From: an uncultured Candidatus Saccharibacteria bacterium
Lineage (GTDB): Bacteria > Patescibacteriota > Minisyncoccia > Phycocordibacterales > JAACPR01
Reading direction: 5' to 3'
Assembly: GCA_964538855.1 (NCBI GenBank)
Contig: CAZIEY010000002.1
Coordinates: forward strand, 65,709 to 129,708
DNA: 64,000 bases
Made by a program: the position numbers and the translations under genes. Shown here one piece after another: positions 63,463 through 64,000 of the stretch. The stretch's first letter is position 1, and every line of letters begins with the position of its first letter. The notes below the pieces were generated by a model. The model saw nothing but the letters and a program-made list of their open reading frames with translations, searched no databases and was not told the origin of the DNA.

Positions 63463-63998
63463 GGAGTTGCGGTACGCTGTGATTTTTGATAAGAAATAGA
63501 GCGGACCACAACCATAAGGAGGTTTTCATGGGTGGATCTTTGTCGGCAAAAATGCCGCAACTCTTGATTGATGCTTCTGTCAAAGCAACGCTGGCTGATT
63601 TGATAGAAGAAATCGGCTTTGCATTCGTTGATCATCGTATCAATCTGGATACTATCGACTGCGAAGCTAGCGGTGTTCCATTCACTGCTGAATTCCACGA
63701 TTTGCTCGAGGTGCCTTCGGTATATCAAGTCACTGAAACCGAGGGGCGACACTTGGCGACCTTGCGCGACATACTGCTTTTTACCCAGGAATTGATTTTG
63801 CAGTGCGAAACCGACGTATTGGAAAAGCTGCACGTAGTGATTTACGCGCTTGGCTCCGAGGTGAGGATTGGAAGTGTTATCCATCTTCCGAAAGTCGAGA
63901 TCGATCGCGGGGTGTTCCGGCTTGAGCTCGTCTTCATGTACGAGGAGAAGTTTTCTGCTCGAGACGTGTACATGAAGCGCGGTGACCCAGCCGCCGCT
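63453..63998 (-). CDS. Orphan protein, 5' end outside the window
   Basis: Frame stays open from ATG 63884 to the window edge (SGGWVTALHVHVSSRKLLLVHEDELKPEHPAIDLDFRK-MDN...). Confidence 0.6.
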   Translation of the reverse strand, partial: SGGWVTALHVHVSSRKLLLVHEDELKPEHPAIDLDFRKMDNTSNPHLGAKRVNHYVQLFQYVGFALQNQFLGKKQYVAQGRQVSPLGFSDLIYRRHLEQIVEFSSEWNTASFAVDSIQIDTMINECKADFFYQISQRCFDRSINQELRHFCRQRSTHENLLMVVVRSISYQKSQRTATPYK

Positions 63999-64000
63999 TA

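Overview
This 64-kb window is chromosomal DNA from a reduced-genome bacterium using genetic code 11. Gene content and truncations (IF-2 lacking its N-terminal domain, ~740-aa SMC, short UvrC, NusB-NUDIX fusion) suggest Patescibacteria/CPR, Parcubacteria-like; this taxonomy is an inference. Core genes include infB, iscS, clpB, thrS, dnaE, rnhB, rpmF, nusB, rnc, smc, rnr, rpsP, khpA, trmD, rpoB, rpoC, dnaG, rpoD, tgt, uvrB, uvrA, uvrC, two ddl, murF, mltG and tRNAs Tyr, Leu and Ala. The main unexplained structure is a two-tier gene architecture. Many core genes have a TAnnnT -10 box 6-8 nt before ATG and no Shine-Dalgarno, so they look leaderless. About 15 orphan one- or two-gene units sit singly between them, each with a GGAG-type SD and most with a recognisable promoter, leader and terminator. 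From 42 to 64 kb the two classes alternate almost strictly. One unit lies between two identical 116-bp copies of a core gene's 5' end, a possible insertion scar. A separate three-copy palindromic element has a conserved bulged core and co-varying arms. No integrase, transposase, CRISPR array or rRNA was found.
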